This document shows, piece by piece, positions 1 through 8,749 of a stretch of 64,000 bases of DNA. Made by a program: the position numbers and the translations under genes. Source of the stretch: a virus; the IMG/VR virus record IMGVR_UViG_3300021425_000006, one strand, 5' to 3'. The notes beneath the pieces were generated by a model. That model did no database searches. It was not told where the DNA came from and saw nothing but the letters and a program-made list of their open reading frames with translations. Each line of letters begins with the position of its first letter. The stretch's first letter is position 1.

Positions 1-302
1 AACGTGCTGTAACTAAAAGCCGTTGGGACGTTAACAAGCGTAAAAATATTTTAATTGTAGACGATATTAACGATACAGGTGCAACACTTGAGTGGATCAA
101 ACAAGATTGGCCAGCTAGTTGTTTACCTAACGAAAGTAGTTGGGGTACTGTATGGAATAAAAATGTAAGATTTGCTACACTAACTGAGAATCTTGCAAGT
201 AATTTTGGCGGTGTTGATTATTCAGCACACGAAGTTAACAAAGCAGATGAAGATGTTTGGTTAGTTTACCCTTGGGAAATAGTAGGCACGTATGATGCAT
301 GA
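1..302 (+). CDS. Type I phosphoribosyltransferase, 5'-truncated by window edge (not in ORF track)
   Basis: Frame 3 reads ...KNILIVDDINDTGATLEWI...WLVYPWE, stop TGA 300-302; IVDDINDTGAT is the PRPP-binding motif and the xxPWE end is typical of purine PRTases. Confidence 0.85.
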   Translation, partial: RAVTKSRWDVNKRKNILIVDDINDTGATLEWIKQDWPASCLPNESSWGTVWNKNVRFATLTENLASNFGGVDYSAHEVNKADEDVWLVYPWEIVGTYDA

Positions 303-666
303 TACATTAGAAAAAGCTCAGCAAGATGGCAGAGCACCATGGAGTAAAGTTTTTTTAGACACTAGAGACTTTGTAGTGTTTGAAGATAAGTATCCGGTAA
401 CCGAAGGACACTTATTGATAGTACCAAAAGAAGCAACACAAGACGAAATTAATAAATGTTTTAAGTTTGCTTTATCAATGGGAAATGACAATGTTGAGTC
501 AGATAAGACTACTATAACAGGTTATAACATTGGCTTAAATATAGGTACTAGTGCGGGACAGACAGTTATGTATCCGCATGTACATTTAATCTTCCGTCGT
601 GATGGAGACATGGAAGATCCGAAAGGCGGCGTACGGGGCGTCATTCCATCTAAACAAAAATATTAA
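292..666 (+). CDS. HIT-family nucleotide hydrolase
   Basis: DKYPVTEGHLLIVPK and GYNIGLNIGTSAGQTVMYPHVHLIFR; first His of the triad replaced by Tyr. Confidence 0.85.
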   Translation: MMHDTLEKAQQDGRAPWSKVFLDTRDFVVFEDKYPVTEGHLLIVPKEATQDEINKCFKFALSMGNDNVESDKTTITGYNIGLNIGTSAGQTVMYPHVHLIFRRDGDMEDPKGGVRGVIPSKQKY

Positions 667-677
667 GGAAAGGAACT

Positions 678-884
678 ATGGACTTGAAGGAACAAATGAT
701 TAAAGCGGCAAGACTACACGCTGAAGCGGAGATAGAAATGCACAAAACTAACATTGAAGTGTACATGCAAAAAGTAGTTGGCATTGGTGAACATTCGGAT
801 ATTATCGAAACTATCCAAAAAGAACTAGATGCCATGGCTTCTGCACATGATCGCTTAGAAATGTTAGAAAAGTATTTTGCATAA
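678..884 (+). CDS. Hypothetical protein, 68 aa
   Basis: RBS AAGGA upstream, helical composition, fills gap between genes. Confidence 0.7.
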   Translation: MDLKEQMIKAARLHAEAEIEMHKTNIEVYMQKVVGIGEHSDIIETIQKELDAMASAHDRLEMLEKYFA

Positions 885-889
885 AATAC

Positions 890-918
890 TTGACAAAAAC
901 CTAAATACAATGTATAAT
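890..918 (+). promoter_or_regulatory. Sigma70-type early promoter for folE-queE
   Basis: TTGACA (890-895) - 17 nt - TATAAT (913-918). Confidence 0.85.
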
Positions 919-948
919 GTAAATTATATTGTACATTGTATTTTAAAC

Positions 949-975
949 GGCAATCCACTGCCTTAACATCGGAGA
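949..975 (+). promoter_or_regulatory. Candidate cis-regulatory mini-pseudoknot in folE leader
   Basis: Stem GGCA/TGCC, loop ATCCAC, tail TTAACATC then SD GGAG; loop TCC can pair with SD GGA. Confidence 0.35.
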
Positions 976-981
976 TTAAAA

Positions 982-1671
982 ATGGGTAAAGTAAGACAAA
1001 TTAGAGCAAAGTTAGAAGATGCTGGCATTCGTTATTGGGCGGGTGACAACATTTCAAAAGTGCTACAAAAACACGACAAAGAAGAATTAATTAACGAAGC
1101 AACTAGAGCTTTTGAAGGTGTGTTAGATGCACTGTTAATTGATCGAATTAATGATCCTAACAGCCAAGGTACAGCAAGGCGTCTTGCTAAAATGTACTAC
1201 AATGAAATTATGGCAGGACGTTATGATCCAGCACCAAGTGCAACATCATTTCCAAACGATTCAACAGACCGTTATGAAGGTATGCTAGTAGTGCGTTCGG
1301 AACTAAAAAGTATGTGTTCACATCATCACCAGCCAGTAGCAGGTGTTGCATACATTGGTATTATTGCCGCAGACAAATTAATTGGTCTAAGCAAGTACAC
1401 ACGTATTGCACAGTGGTGTGCTAGACGTGGAACACTACAAGAAGAACTTGCAAACGAAATTGCACGTGAAATTCAAAAAGTTACAGATGCAGAACACTTA
1501 GGTGTTTATATTCAAGCAACACACGGTTGTTGTGAGAATAGAGGCATTATGGCAACTAGCAGTCTTACACAAACAACTGTGTTGCGTGGTGCGTTTAAGG
1601 ATGACGCTGGTACAAAGAAAGAATTCTTTGACAATATTAAATTACAACAAGAATATGCTTGTGGAAAGTAG
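982..1671 (+). CDS. folE: GTP cyclohydrolase I
   Basis: SMCSHHHQP, GLSKYTRIAQWCARR..LQE and HGCCENRG zinc/active-site motifs. Confidence 0.95.
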   Translation: MGKVRQIRAKLEDAGIRYWAGDNISKVLQKHDKEELINEATRAFEGVLDALLIDRINDPNSQGTARRLAKMYYNEIMAGRYDPAPSATSFPNDSTDRYEGMLVVRSELKSMCSHHHQPVAGVAYIGIIAADKLIGLSKYTRIAQWCARRGTLQEELANEIAREIQKVTDAEHLGVYIQATHGCCENRGIMATSSLTQTTVLRGAFKDDAGTKKEFFDNIKLQQEYACGK

Positions 1672-1676
1672 ATAAT

Positions 1677-2561
1677 ATGAAATTAAGATATTCAGAAGCG
1701 TTTTATAGCGTACAAGGTGAAGGCAAGTTTGTAGGTGTGCCTAGTGTATTCCTACGTACATTCGGTTGCAACTTTCGTTGTATGAACTTTGGACTAGAAC
1801 GTGGGACACCTGCTAGAGCAGACGGTGTAAAACATAATCCCGAAGTAAAAGAATTACTTGACAGCAATATAATTAACACTGTTGAAAAATTTACAGACTT
1901 ACCTGTAATACATACAGGCTGTGATACATATGCAAGTATCTATCCAGAATTTAAAAAGTTTATGATGGATAGAACTGTAGATGAAGTAGTTGAACACTTA
2001 TTGAGTTTGACTCCTAACGGACAGTGGACATTAGATAATGGACAAGATATTCATTTAATATTCACAGGCGGAGAACCTTTGTTAGGGTGGCAAAGATTCT
2101 ATACAGAGCTATTAGAACACCCGCGTATGAAGGACTTAAAAAATGTTACATTTGAAACAAATACTTCGCAGAAGTTACGACCTGATTTTAGAGACTATCT
2201 TAACAATCAAGACAGATTTGAAGTCACTTGGAGTTGTTCCCCAAAACTTAGTGTCAGCGGAGAACGCTGGGAGGATGCTATTAACCCTGATATTGCTAGT
2301 GAGTATTTCAGTGTTCTTAATAGTAAACTTTATCTTAAGTTTGTTGTGGCTGATAGCATTGACGTTGAAGAAGTTAAAAGAGCTGTTGCTGAGTATAGGA
2401 GCGCCGGGGTCGAGTGTCCGGTATATCTTATGCCGCTCGGAGGACGCTCTGAAGAATATAAACTTAACGTTAAAGAAGTGGCTGAATTATGTATGGCGCA
2501 AGGATGGAGGTTTACACCAAGACTCCATATCGACCTTTTCGGCAATGCATGGGGGACTTAG
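1677..2561 (+). CDS. queE: 7-carboxy-7-deazaguanine synthase (radical SAM)
   Basis: FYSVQGEG...FLRTFGCNFRC...CDT, TGGEP, SPKL, PRLHIDLFG; ATG at 1677 preferred over track start 1659. Confidence 0.9.
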   Translation: MKLRYSEAFYSVQGEGKFVGVPSVFLRTFGCNFRCMNFGLERGTPARADGVKHNPEVKELLDSNIINTVEKFTDLPVIHTGCDTYASIYPEFKKFMMDRTVDEVVEHLLSLTPNGQWTLDNGQDIHLIFTGGEPLLGWQRFYTELLEHPRMKDLKNVTFETNTSQKLRPDFRDYLNNQDRFEVTWSCSPKLSVSGERWEDAINPDIASEYFSVLNSKLYLKFVVADSIDVEEVKRAVAEYRSAGVECPVYLMPLGGRSEEYKLNVKEVAELCMAQGWRFTPRLHIDLFGNAWGT

Positions 2562-2661
2562 TCGAAATGAACTTGATAGGTACCATAATAAACAACATGA
2601 ACGTGCAATGAATGCACCAATTGAAACACCAGAGCATAGAGCTCGGAAGGCAGGACTGTAA
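2545..2661 (+). CDS. Possible small protein, 38 aa
   Basis: 3' part of ORF 2143..2661 fills the queE-next gene gap and its stop abuts the next ATG. Confidence 0.35.
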   Translation: MHGGLSRNELDRYHNKQHERAMNAPIETPEHRARKAGL

Positions 2662-3051
2662 ATGAAAGATATAATTAATAAATTAAATCCTTTTGCTACA
2701 AAAGAAAAAACTGTAGAAGATGTAAAAACTACAGAACAAGAGCGTAGAGCTATTCTTGATAAAGAAAAAGCAGCCGCTACAGCAAAAGGCGAACCTTGGG
2801 TTGCTGTATTAGATACACAAGTCAATCCTGAAAACATTAGAAATGGGTTTTTTGAACTTGATTGGAATAACGAGTTTATTGAACAACTATTGGATGCAGG
2901 ATATAAAGGCGAAACTAACGAAGAAATTATCGACAAGTGGTTTAGAAGTATTGTAATTCAAATGCTTGAAGAAGAAGGCCAAAGTATTGATAGAGATATG
3001 GGCTATATTAACGTAGTTCCGTTAGATAAAGACAAAAGCGAAGTATCTTAA
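2662..3051 (+). CDS. Hypothetical protein
   Basis: RBS AGGA, 129-aa ORF in operon. Confidence 0.75.
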   Translation: MKDIINKLNPFATKEKTVEDVKTTEQERRAILDKEKAAATAKGEPWVAVLDTQVNPENIRNGFFELDWNNEFIEQLLDAGYKGETNEEIIDKWFRSIVIQMLEEEGQSIDRDMGYINVVPLDKDKSEVS

Positions 3052-3054
3052 TGC

Positions 3055-3083
3055 TTGACTTTGTATGCAAAAGAGCGTACAAT
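3055..3083 (+). promoter_or_regulatory. Sigma70-type promoter for rnh
   Basis: TTGACT - 17 nt - TACAAT. Confidence 0.75.
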
Positions 3084-3115
3084 ATAGTTATTAACACAAC
3101 ACTAAAGGCAATATA

Positions 3116-4102
3116 ATGGCAACTTATGTATTAGTAGATACAGCAAACACTTTTTTTAGAGCTCGACACGTAGTTCGTGGCGACTTAGATACTAAAGTAG
3201 GCATGGCTTTACACATCACACTTAGTGGTGTTAAAAAGGCATGGCAAGACTTTGAAGCAGATCATGTTGTATTTTGTTTAGAAGGACGTAGCTGGCGTAA
3301 AGACTTTTACGAACCTTACAAGCGTAATAGACAAGTTGCACGTGATAAGATGACTGTTACTGAGTCTGAAGAAGATAAAGTGTTTTGGGAGATCTTTGAC
3401 GAGTTTAAAGACTTTGTAGATACTAAGACTAATTGTACAGTTATGCAACATCCGCAATTAGAAGCAGATGATCTTATTGCAGGTTGGATACAATCACATC
3501 CTAATGATAATCATGTTATTATTAGTACTGACGGTGACTTTGCACAACTTATTGCACCTAATGTAAAACAGTACAATGGCATTCAAGACGTTACTATTAC
3601 ACATGAAGGTTACTTTGATAAGAAAGGTAATCCTGTAATTGACAAGAAAACTAAAGAGGCTAAGCCTGCACCTGACCCTGCATTTATGTTGTTTGAAAAG
3701 TGTATGCGTGGCGACACTAGTGACAACGTGTTTAGTGCATATCCAGGTGTACGTAAAAAAGGCACTAAGAACAAAGTAGGTCTTATAGAAGCGTTTGAAG
3801 ACAAAGACAGCAAAGGCTTTAATTGGAATAACATGATGTTACAACGTTGGACTGATCATGAAGGTACTGAACATCGTGTACTAGATGATTATACTCGTAA
3901 TGTTGTACTATGTGACTTAACAGCACAACCTACAGACATTAGAGAGATAATTAATAACACTATTGAAGAAAACGCAAAGCCCAAAGAAGTACAACAAGTA
4001 GGTATGCGTCTTATGAAATTTTGTGCTAAGTGGGATATGCAACGTATTGCAGATCAAGCACAATACTTTGCAGAACCGCTAAATGCAAGGTATCCGGAGT
4101 AA
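3116..4102 (+). CDS. rnh: T4-type RNase H / 5'-3' flap exonuclease
   Basis: VLVDTAN, WRKDFYEPYKRNR, LEADDLIA, STDGDFAQL, GDTSDNV motifs of the 5' nuclease family. Confidence 0.9.
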   Translation: MATYVLVDTANTFFRARHVVRGDLDTKVGMALHITLSGVKKAWQDFEADHVVFCLEGRSWRKDFYEPYKRNRQVARDKMTVTESEEDKVFWEIFDEFKDFVDTKTNCTVMQHPQLEADDLIAGWIQSHPNDNHVIISTDGDFAQLIAPNVKQYNGIQDVTITHEGYFDKKGNPVIDKKTKEAKPAPDPAFMLFEKCMRGDTSDNVFSAYPGVRKKGTKNKVGLIEAFEDKDSKGFNWNNMMLQRWTDHEGTEHRVLDDYTRNVVLCDLTAQPTDIREIINNTIEENAKPKEVQQVGMRLMKFCAKWDMQRIADQAQYFAEPLNARYPE

Positions 4103-4109
4103 GGAACAA

Positions 4110-4583
4110 ATGATGAAAGCAAAAACTATTTTAAAAGATAAATTTTGGATTGTTGAAAGTGATGGAGAACGAGTAGGAACTCTTTCATTATCAGAAGACA
4201 AGTATCTTTTCAGTTCGGGTGCCGCAACTCAATATTTTGATAGCGAACGTGCCTTAAAGAAAACATTTGGTAAAGATGTTTTTGTAGATACTATTACACA
4301 AGTTGTACCAGAAGAAGTTCCAACTAAAGAAGTGTATAACTTTCCAACAAGTTGTGTTCCTTATAATAGTTTGTATGATGTAAAAAATAAATTACCATTG
4401 TTTACTAAAAGTAATAAAAGTAAAAGTCTGTATTGTGCAGGTTATTATATTATACATTTTGATAAGGGATGGGTCAAAAGTTTTTGTCCTAAACTAATTA
4501 CAATTGAGCGTTACGACTTTAAAGGTCCATTCAAAACAGATATTGAAATGCGTCAAGCATTGAGTATTGAAAATGCAAAATGA
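4110..4583 (+). CDS. Hypothetical protein
   Basis: AAGGA RBS before ATG 4110. Confidence 0.75.
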   Translation: MMKAKTILKDKFWIVESDGERVGTLSLSEDKYLFSSGAATQYFDSERALKKTFGKDVFVDTITQVVPEEVPTKEVYNFPTSCVPYNSLYDVKNKLPLFTKSNKSKSLYCAGYYIIHFDKGWVKSFCPKLITIERYDFKGPFKTDIEMRQALSIENAK

Positions 4584-4818
4584 ACCACTAAACACATTCC
4601 CTATTCAGCAATTCTTACAAAAGGTAAAGGTTGCTGACAGCGGGAACGCTAAAGAAGTTAAACTTAGTATAACAGAAGCAAAGGCATTAGCGTATACATT
4701 AGGTATCACTATGTCACGCTTAGAAGGCGATTTAGAGCGTCTTATAGCGTCATACAGCAAGGGTAATGACGAAGTTATACAAGTGAGCTTAGATGGCGGA
4801 AGTGGCGACTGGAAGTAA
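4573..4818 (+). CDS. Hypothetical protein
   Basis: Overlaps upstream stop; ATG at 4573. Confidence 0.65.
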   Translation: MQNEPLNTFPIQQFLQKVKVADSGNAKEVKLSITEAKALAYTLGITMSRLEGDLERLIASYSKGNDEVIQVSLDGGSGDWK

Positions 4819-4844
4819 ACTACGTAGTTTACCAATAAAAAGAG

Positions 4845-4881
4845 ATAAATATATGCGTACATAATTAAGGATTACGCATAT
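4845..4881 (+). promoter_or_regulatory. Late promoter (ATAAATA) plus start-codon-occluding hairpin
   Basis: ATAAATA 4845-4851; inverted repeat ATATGCGTA (4851-4859)/TACGCATAT (4873-4881) encloses RBS and ATG. Confidence 0.6.
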
Positions 4882-5170
4882 GAGCAGACCTAAACCAAAA
4901 ATACTTTTAGAGCATATAGATAAGAAAACTTATCGTGCTGAACAGATTTTAGATGCAGAAGCAATATGGGCTGTATTTTATAAAAACAAACCTTTTAATC
5001 TTAAAAGTCTAAATGCTATCACAAATTATCCTGGACCAAAATATAAAAAAGTTTCCTTTTCAAATCCAGGACATGCAATAAACTTATCAAAAAAACTTAA
5101 CGATCTATTCAACTGTGAGGACTTTACAGTTGTAATGTTAACCTCTGGTGAGATTGTTACGACAGAATGA
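4880..5170 (+). CDS. Hypothetical protein, basic
   Basis: 96-aa ORF with RBS. Confidence 0.75.
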   Translation: MSRPKPKILLEHIDKKTYRAEQILDAEAIWAVFYKNKPFNLKSLNAITNYPGPKYKKVSFSNPGHAINLSKKLNDLFNCEDFTVVMLTSGEIVTTE

Positions 5171-5550
5171 ACTGGAAAGAGACATACACTAAGGTCTTTC
5201 TAAAACAACTTGACAAAACTGTGAACGATGCAGCTGTAGCCGAGTACATGCCGTTGTGGTGGCAAAATACAAGAGAAAAAACAACCGGAGGTTTGCGTCT
5301 TACTGAAACAGGCTTTGATGTTATTAACACTATACAATTAGCCACATACGAAATACCTTATCCTGCCGATATGCCTATAACTACACAAATTATTATATTC
5401 TTAGACAAATTTATTGACTGTCCTTACTACATATCAAGACATAGTATCTTTGTTACAAGCGAACGAAAGGCTGTCGAATTGGGTCTCTTTTCAGGAGATC
5501 TACGCAAGTACGGACTAGCCAAAGCATTATCTAGACAAGAAAAAAATTAA
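5167..5550 (+). CDS. Hypothetical protein
   Basis: ATGA overlap with upstream gene. Confidence 0.75.
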   Translation: MNWKETYTKVFLKQLDKTVNDAAVAEYMPLWWQNTREKTTGGLRLTETGFDVINTIQLATYEIPYPADMPITTQIIIFLDKFIDCPYYISRHSIFVTSERKAVELGLFSGDLRKYGLAKALSRQEKN

Positions 5551-5567
5551 TTATCTGCCAAAAAAGG

Positions 5568-5596
5568 TTGACTTTGTCCCCTATTGAGCGTATTAT
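5568..5596 (+). promoter_or_regulatory. Sigma70-type promoter for AAA ATPase
   Basis: TTGACT - 17 nt - TATTAT. Confidence 0.7.
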
Positions 5597-5654
5597 ATAT
5601 ACATAGTTAGAAATTAGCACTGATAACTGAAATACACCAAGAGAGGTAATACAT

Positions 5655-6743
5655 ATGGAAAACGTAGCTATTCGACAAATCACTCCTAACAGAGCAAAGA
5701 GCAGTATTTTTCACGCAATGAAAAAGAAGCGTCCGATCTTTTTATGGGGTCCCCCAGGTATTGGCAAATCAGAGATTGTACACCAAATTGGTAATGACCT
5801 TGATGCCCATGTAACTGACATTCGTTTGTCATTATGGGAGCCAACTGATATTAAAGGTATTCCTTACTTCAATAGTAATGAGAATACAATGGTTTGGGCT
5901 CCGCCTGCAGAACTTCCTACAGAAGAATTTGCAAAGAAGCACAAATATATTATTCTTTTCTTAGATGAAATGAATTCTGCGGCACCTGCTGTACAGGCGG
6001 CTGCATATCAACTTATTCTTAATCGTAAGATTGGCACTTACAAACTGCCAGACAATGTACTAATTGTTGCGGCAGGTAACCGTGATGCAGATAAAGGTGT
6101 AACATACAGAATGCCAGCACCGTTGGCAAACCGTTTTGTTCACTTAGAACTTACTGTATCATTTGACGATTGGTTCCAGTGGGCTGTAGAACACAATATC
6201 CATGCTGATGTTGCAGGTTACTTACAGTTTGCAAAGAAAGACTTATATGACTTTGATCCAAAAAGTCCAAGCCGTTCTTTTGCAACTCCACGTTCGTGGA
6301 CTTTTGTATCCGAGTTGTTAGATGATGACTTAGATGCAGAAACTACAACCGACCTTGTATCAGGTGCCATTGGTGAAGGTCTTGCTGTTAAGTTTATGGC
6401 ACACCGTAAAGTAGCGTCAACTATGCCTAACCCATCAGATATTTTAGATGGTAAGGTAAATGAGTTGAAACAGAAAGAAATCAGTGCTATGTATTCCCTC
6501 ACTGTTTCACTTTGCTACGAACTAAAAGAAAGCTCGGATAAAAACGATAAGAAGTTTAACGATAAAGTTAATAACTTTTTACGTTTTGCAATGGATAACT
6601 TCGAAACTGAACTGGTAGTTATGGGTATGAAATTGGCGTTGACACAATATGAATTGCCTATTGATCCAGACGAAATTGATTGTTTTGATGAGTTCCATGA
6701 GCGTTTTGGAAAGTATATTAAGGCCGCTCAAACAAGGTCTTAA
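5655..6743 (+). CDS. MoxR-like AAA+ ATPase
   Basis: Walker A GPPGIGKS, Walker B ILFLDEMN, sensor AAGN, Arg finger PLANRF. Confidence 0.9.
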   Translation: MENVAIRQITPNRAKSSIFHAMKKKRPIFLWGPPGIGKSEIVHQIGNDLDAHVTDIRLSLWEPTDIKGIPYFNSNENTMVWAPPAELPTEEFAKKHKYIILFLDEMNSAAPAVQAAAYQLILNRKIGTYKLPDNVLIVAAGNRDADKGVTYRMPAPLANRFVHLELTVSFDDWFQWAVEHNIHADVAGYLQFAKKDLYDFDPKSPSRSFATPRSWTFVSELLDDDLDAETTTDLVSGAIGEGLAVKFMAHRKVASTMPNPSDILDGKVNELKQKEISAMYSLTVSLCYELKESSDKNDKKFNDKVNNFLRFAMDNFETELVVMGMKLALTQYELPIDPDEIDCFDEFHERFGKYIKAAQTRS

Positions 6744-6757
6744 GGTGTGTTGGGTTT

Positions 6758-6790
6758 GGACGTTCCCGTACAAAAAACGTCCATTTCTTC
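6758..6790 (+). terminator. Hairpin / possible weak intrinsic terminator
   Basis: TGGACGTT...AACGTCCA followed by TTTCTTC. Confidence 0.4.
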
Positions 6791-6819
6791 TTGACTTTTA
6801 TGTCGATTTACTATATACT
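6791..6819 (+). promoter_or_regulatory. Sigma70-type promoter for VWA gene
   Basis: TTGACT - 17 nt - TATACT. Confidence 0.7.
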
Positions 6820-6852
6820 AACAGTATAAACAATGCAAAGAGGATATAGCAC

Positions 6853-8139
6853 ATGAGCGTTGCAGGAACTAAACACTGGACACCCGACCCGGATATTACA
6901 CCTGAAGCATTAGAAGAAATGCGTAAAGATGTAATGGATAGGATTATTGTTGCACGTATTGGTCTTTTGTTACGTCATCCATTCTTTGGTAATATGGCTA
7001 CACGTTTACGTATTCAATCCGCAGACGATTGGTTGCCTACTGCCGCTGTAGACGGTAGAAACTTATTTTTTAACACACAATTCTTTAATGCAATGTCAAA
7101 TCAAGAAATTGAATTTGTTATTGCACACGAAATCTTACACTGTGTATTTGATCACTTAACACGTAGAGAAGATAGAGATCCTCAAATACATAATATTGCC
7201 GCTGACTATATTGTAAACAATTTACTTGTTCGTGATCGTATTGGACAGAAGCCTACCTTTATTGATTGTTTCCAAGACTTTAAATATGACGGTTGGTCTT
7301 CTGAAGAAGTATATGATGACATTTATGAACAAGCAAAAGAAAACGGTAAAGAGTTACTTGAACAACTAGGCGAATTGCTTGATGAACACTTAGACTGGGA
7401 AGGTGAAGACGGAGAAGCTGAAGAAGAAAGCGGTGGTAACGGTAATAAATCTACAAAACAACCTAAGTACTCAAAAGAACAATTACGCGAAATCCGTGAT
7501 GAAATTAAAGAAAATATGATGACAGCGGCTCAGTCGTCAGGTGCTGGAAATACACCTAAAGAAGTTGAAAGAATGATTACTCAACTTACAGAGCCTAAAA
7601 TGAATTGGCGTGAAATTTTACGTCAGCAAATTCAGAGTACTATTAAAAACGATTTTACATTTATGCGTCCTTCACGTAAAGGTTGGCATATGAGTGCTGT
7701 ACTACCTGGACAGAACTTTGACGAAACAATTGACATTTGTGTTGCTGTTGATATGTCTGGTTCAATTGGTAATAAACAAGCAGAAGACTTCTTAGGTGAA
7801 GTACAAGGTATTATGGATGAGTATCAAGACTATAATATTAAATTATGGTGTTTTGATACAGCCGTTTATAACGAAGCAGAGTTTAGTGCAGACGGTGGTG
7901 AAAGATTAGAAGACTACGAAATTATCGGTGGCGGTGGAACTGAATTTGACTGCAACTGGGAATACATGAAAGAACATGATATACAACCTAAAAAGTTTAT
8001 TATGTTTACAGATGGTTACCCATGGGGTAGTTGGGGTGACGAAGATTACTGTGAAACAGTATTTGTTATTCATTCAAATCATGAGAGGAGTTTACAAGCA
8101 CCGTTTGGTATAACTACTCACTATGAGGATGCCGCTTAA
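6853..8139 (+). CDS. DUF2201-type HEXXH metallopeptidase fused to VWA domain
   Basis: AHEILH zinc motif; MIDAS DMSGS, GGGGT and FTDG; adjacent to MoxR-like ATPase. Confidence 0.85.
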   Translation: MSVAGTKHWTPDPDITPEALEEMRKDVMDRIIVARIGLLLRHPFFGNMATRLRIQSADDWLPTAAVDGRNLFFNTQFFNAMSNQEIEFVIAHEILHCVFDHLTRREDRDPQIHNIAADYIVNNLLVRDRIGQKPTFIDCFQDFKYDGWSSEEVYDDIYEQAKENGKELLEQLGELLDEHLDWEGEDGEAEEESGGNGNKSTKQPKYSKEQLREIRDEIKENMMTAAQSSGAGNTPKEVERMITQLTEPKMNWREILRQQIQSTIKNDFTFMRPSRKGWHMSAVLPGQNFDETIDICVAVDMSGSIGNKQAEDFLGEVQGIMDEYQDYNIKLWCFDTAVYNEAEFSADGGERLEDYEIIGGGGTEFDCNWEYMKEHDIQPKKFIMFTDGYPWGSWGDEDYCETVFVIHSNHERSLQAPFGITTHYEDAA

Positions 8140-8420
8140 TGGTAAAACTTAAAGAACCAAATCCATTGAATGTGTTTGGCCTTAGGAGAACTAAGATTCA
8201 GCCTAAGCACTTTGAGTCTATAGCCATTAATTACACCTATAATATGGAAGAAGCATTAAATAAATGGATACGAAAAAACCTTAAAGGAAGGTTTTACGTA
8301 GGTAAAGTTTTAAAGGTAGATGAGCAAAATCAAGTCAACTCTATGCTTAATGTAGCGTTTGAAGACGGTAAAGAGCTTGCATACTTTATGCTGGCTTGTC
8401 CACTTTTAAAATACAAATAA
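8139..8420 (+). CDS. Hypothetical protein
   Basis: TAATG coupling to upstream gene. Confidence 0.7.
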   Translation: MVKLKEPNPLNVFGLRRTKIQPKHFESIAINYTYNMEEALNKWIRKNLKGRFYVGKVLKVDEQNQVNSMLNVAFEDGKELAYFMLACPLLKYK

Positions 8421-8460
8421 ACAACGACAGTTAAATACTACTATTATTAAGGAGATAATT

Positions 8461-8748
8461 ATGTCAGAAGAAACTAAAGTAAATGAAGCAGCAGCTCCAG
8501 AAGCAACAGGTGAAGCACCTCAAGCAGCTCCGGATCTTACTGTTCAAGACCTAAATGCATTAAAAACTATTATTGATGTTGCTAGTCAACGTGGTGCATT
8601 TAAACCAAACGAAATGACCACTGTAGGACAAACCTACACTAAATTAGAAAACTTCCTGCTTGCTGTACAAGCCCAACAAGCACAGCCAGAAGGCGAAAAA
8701 GCAGAAACAAAAGCGGAACCAGCGGCTGACGCTCCCGCAGGAGAATAA
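8461..8748 (+). CDS. Hypothetical protein
   Basis: TTAAATA late-promoter-like site at 8431-8437, RBS AAGGAG. Confidence 0.75.
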   Translation: MSEETKVNEAAAPEATGEAPQAAPDLTVQDLNALKTIIDVASQRGAFKPNEMTTVGQTYTKLENFLLAVQAQQAQPEGEKAETKAEPAADAPAGE

Positions 8749-8749
8749 T

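Noticed and set aside
2143-2544. Long alternative-frame ORF overlapping queE
   Set aside because: Out-of-frame shadow of a conserved gene with no RBS; only the 3' part past queE is plausible
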